From contig NC_043002.1 in NCBI RefSeq assembly GCF_006345805.1, forward strand, positions 61,132,001 through 61,196,000: 64,000 nucleotides of DNA. Reading direction: 5' to 3'. This document shows positions 63,831 to 64,000 of the stretch, one piece after another (within the stretch, counting starts at the first letter, position 1; each line of letters begins with the position of its first letter). Source of the DNA: Octopus sinensis. Lineage: Eukaryota. The translations under genes were made by a program, and so were the position numbers. The notes under the pieces are model-generated. The model saw nothing but the letters and a program-made list of their open reading frames with translations. It had not been told where the DNA came from and ran no database searches.

Positions 63831-64000
63831 TCCTTCTTTCTTCAAATTTTCTTCCATTTCTCACTGAGTGTATTCCGTACACCTAGGGCACAGAAGCTCA
63901 TTGTACGCATTCCCAGATTACACACGCAAATTCACAGGTAAAATATGTATTTAAAAAAGTTAACAAATAAATAAATTCATGAATGGATGTTGGTTTCACA

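Overview
This is very AT-rich, repeat-saturated eukaryotic DNA with no recognisable host gene, rRNA, tRNA or CRISPR array. It looks like intergenic or deep-intronic sequence. The repeat families and microsatellite load resemble octopod (Octopus) genomic DNA; this comes from my recognition of the repeats, not from a database search. Most entries in the ORF track are microsatellite artefacts (poly-YI, poly-CV, poly-HT). The only real protein similarity belongs to decayed transposons: CR1-group, L1/Tx1, R4/Dong-type (RLE) and RTE LINEs, Tc1/mariner transposases, a Helitron helicase and probably Penelope-like elements (PLE). The window also holds about 30 tRNA-headed SINE copies in four families, two Helitron termini (one complete 509-bp non-autonomous element), a piggyBac-like element and several MITEs. 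The most interesting signals are five. (1) PLE-type minimal hammerhead ribozyme motifs, including one with an intact core inside a ~140-bp-arm inverted repeat at 16.55-16.87 kb, plus related non-canonical motifs and fold-backs next to (AT)n tracts. (2) Three SINEs stacked at one site and punctuated by four copies of the same 12-bp sequence. (3) A GC-rich, ORF-less element ending in an RTE-type tail. (4) R4/Dong-type pieces consistently associated with (AAT)n/(ATT)n. (5) A recent permuted duplication at 8.9-10.8 kb. Coordinates were counted by hand, so element ends are approximate unless a TSD or TIR is given.
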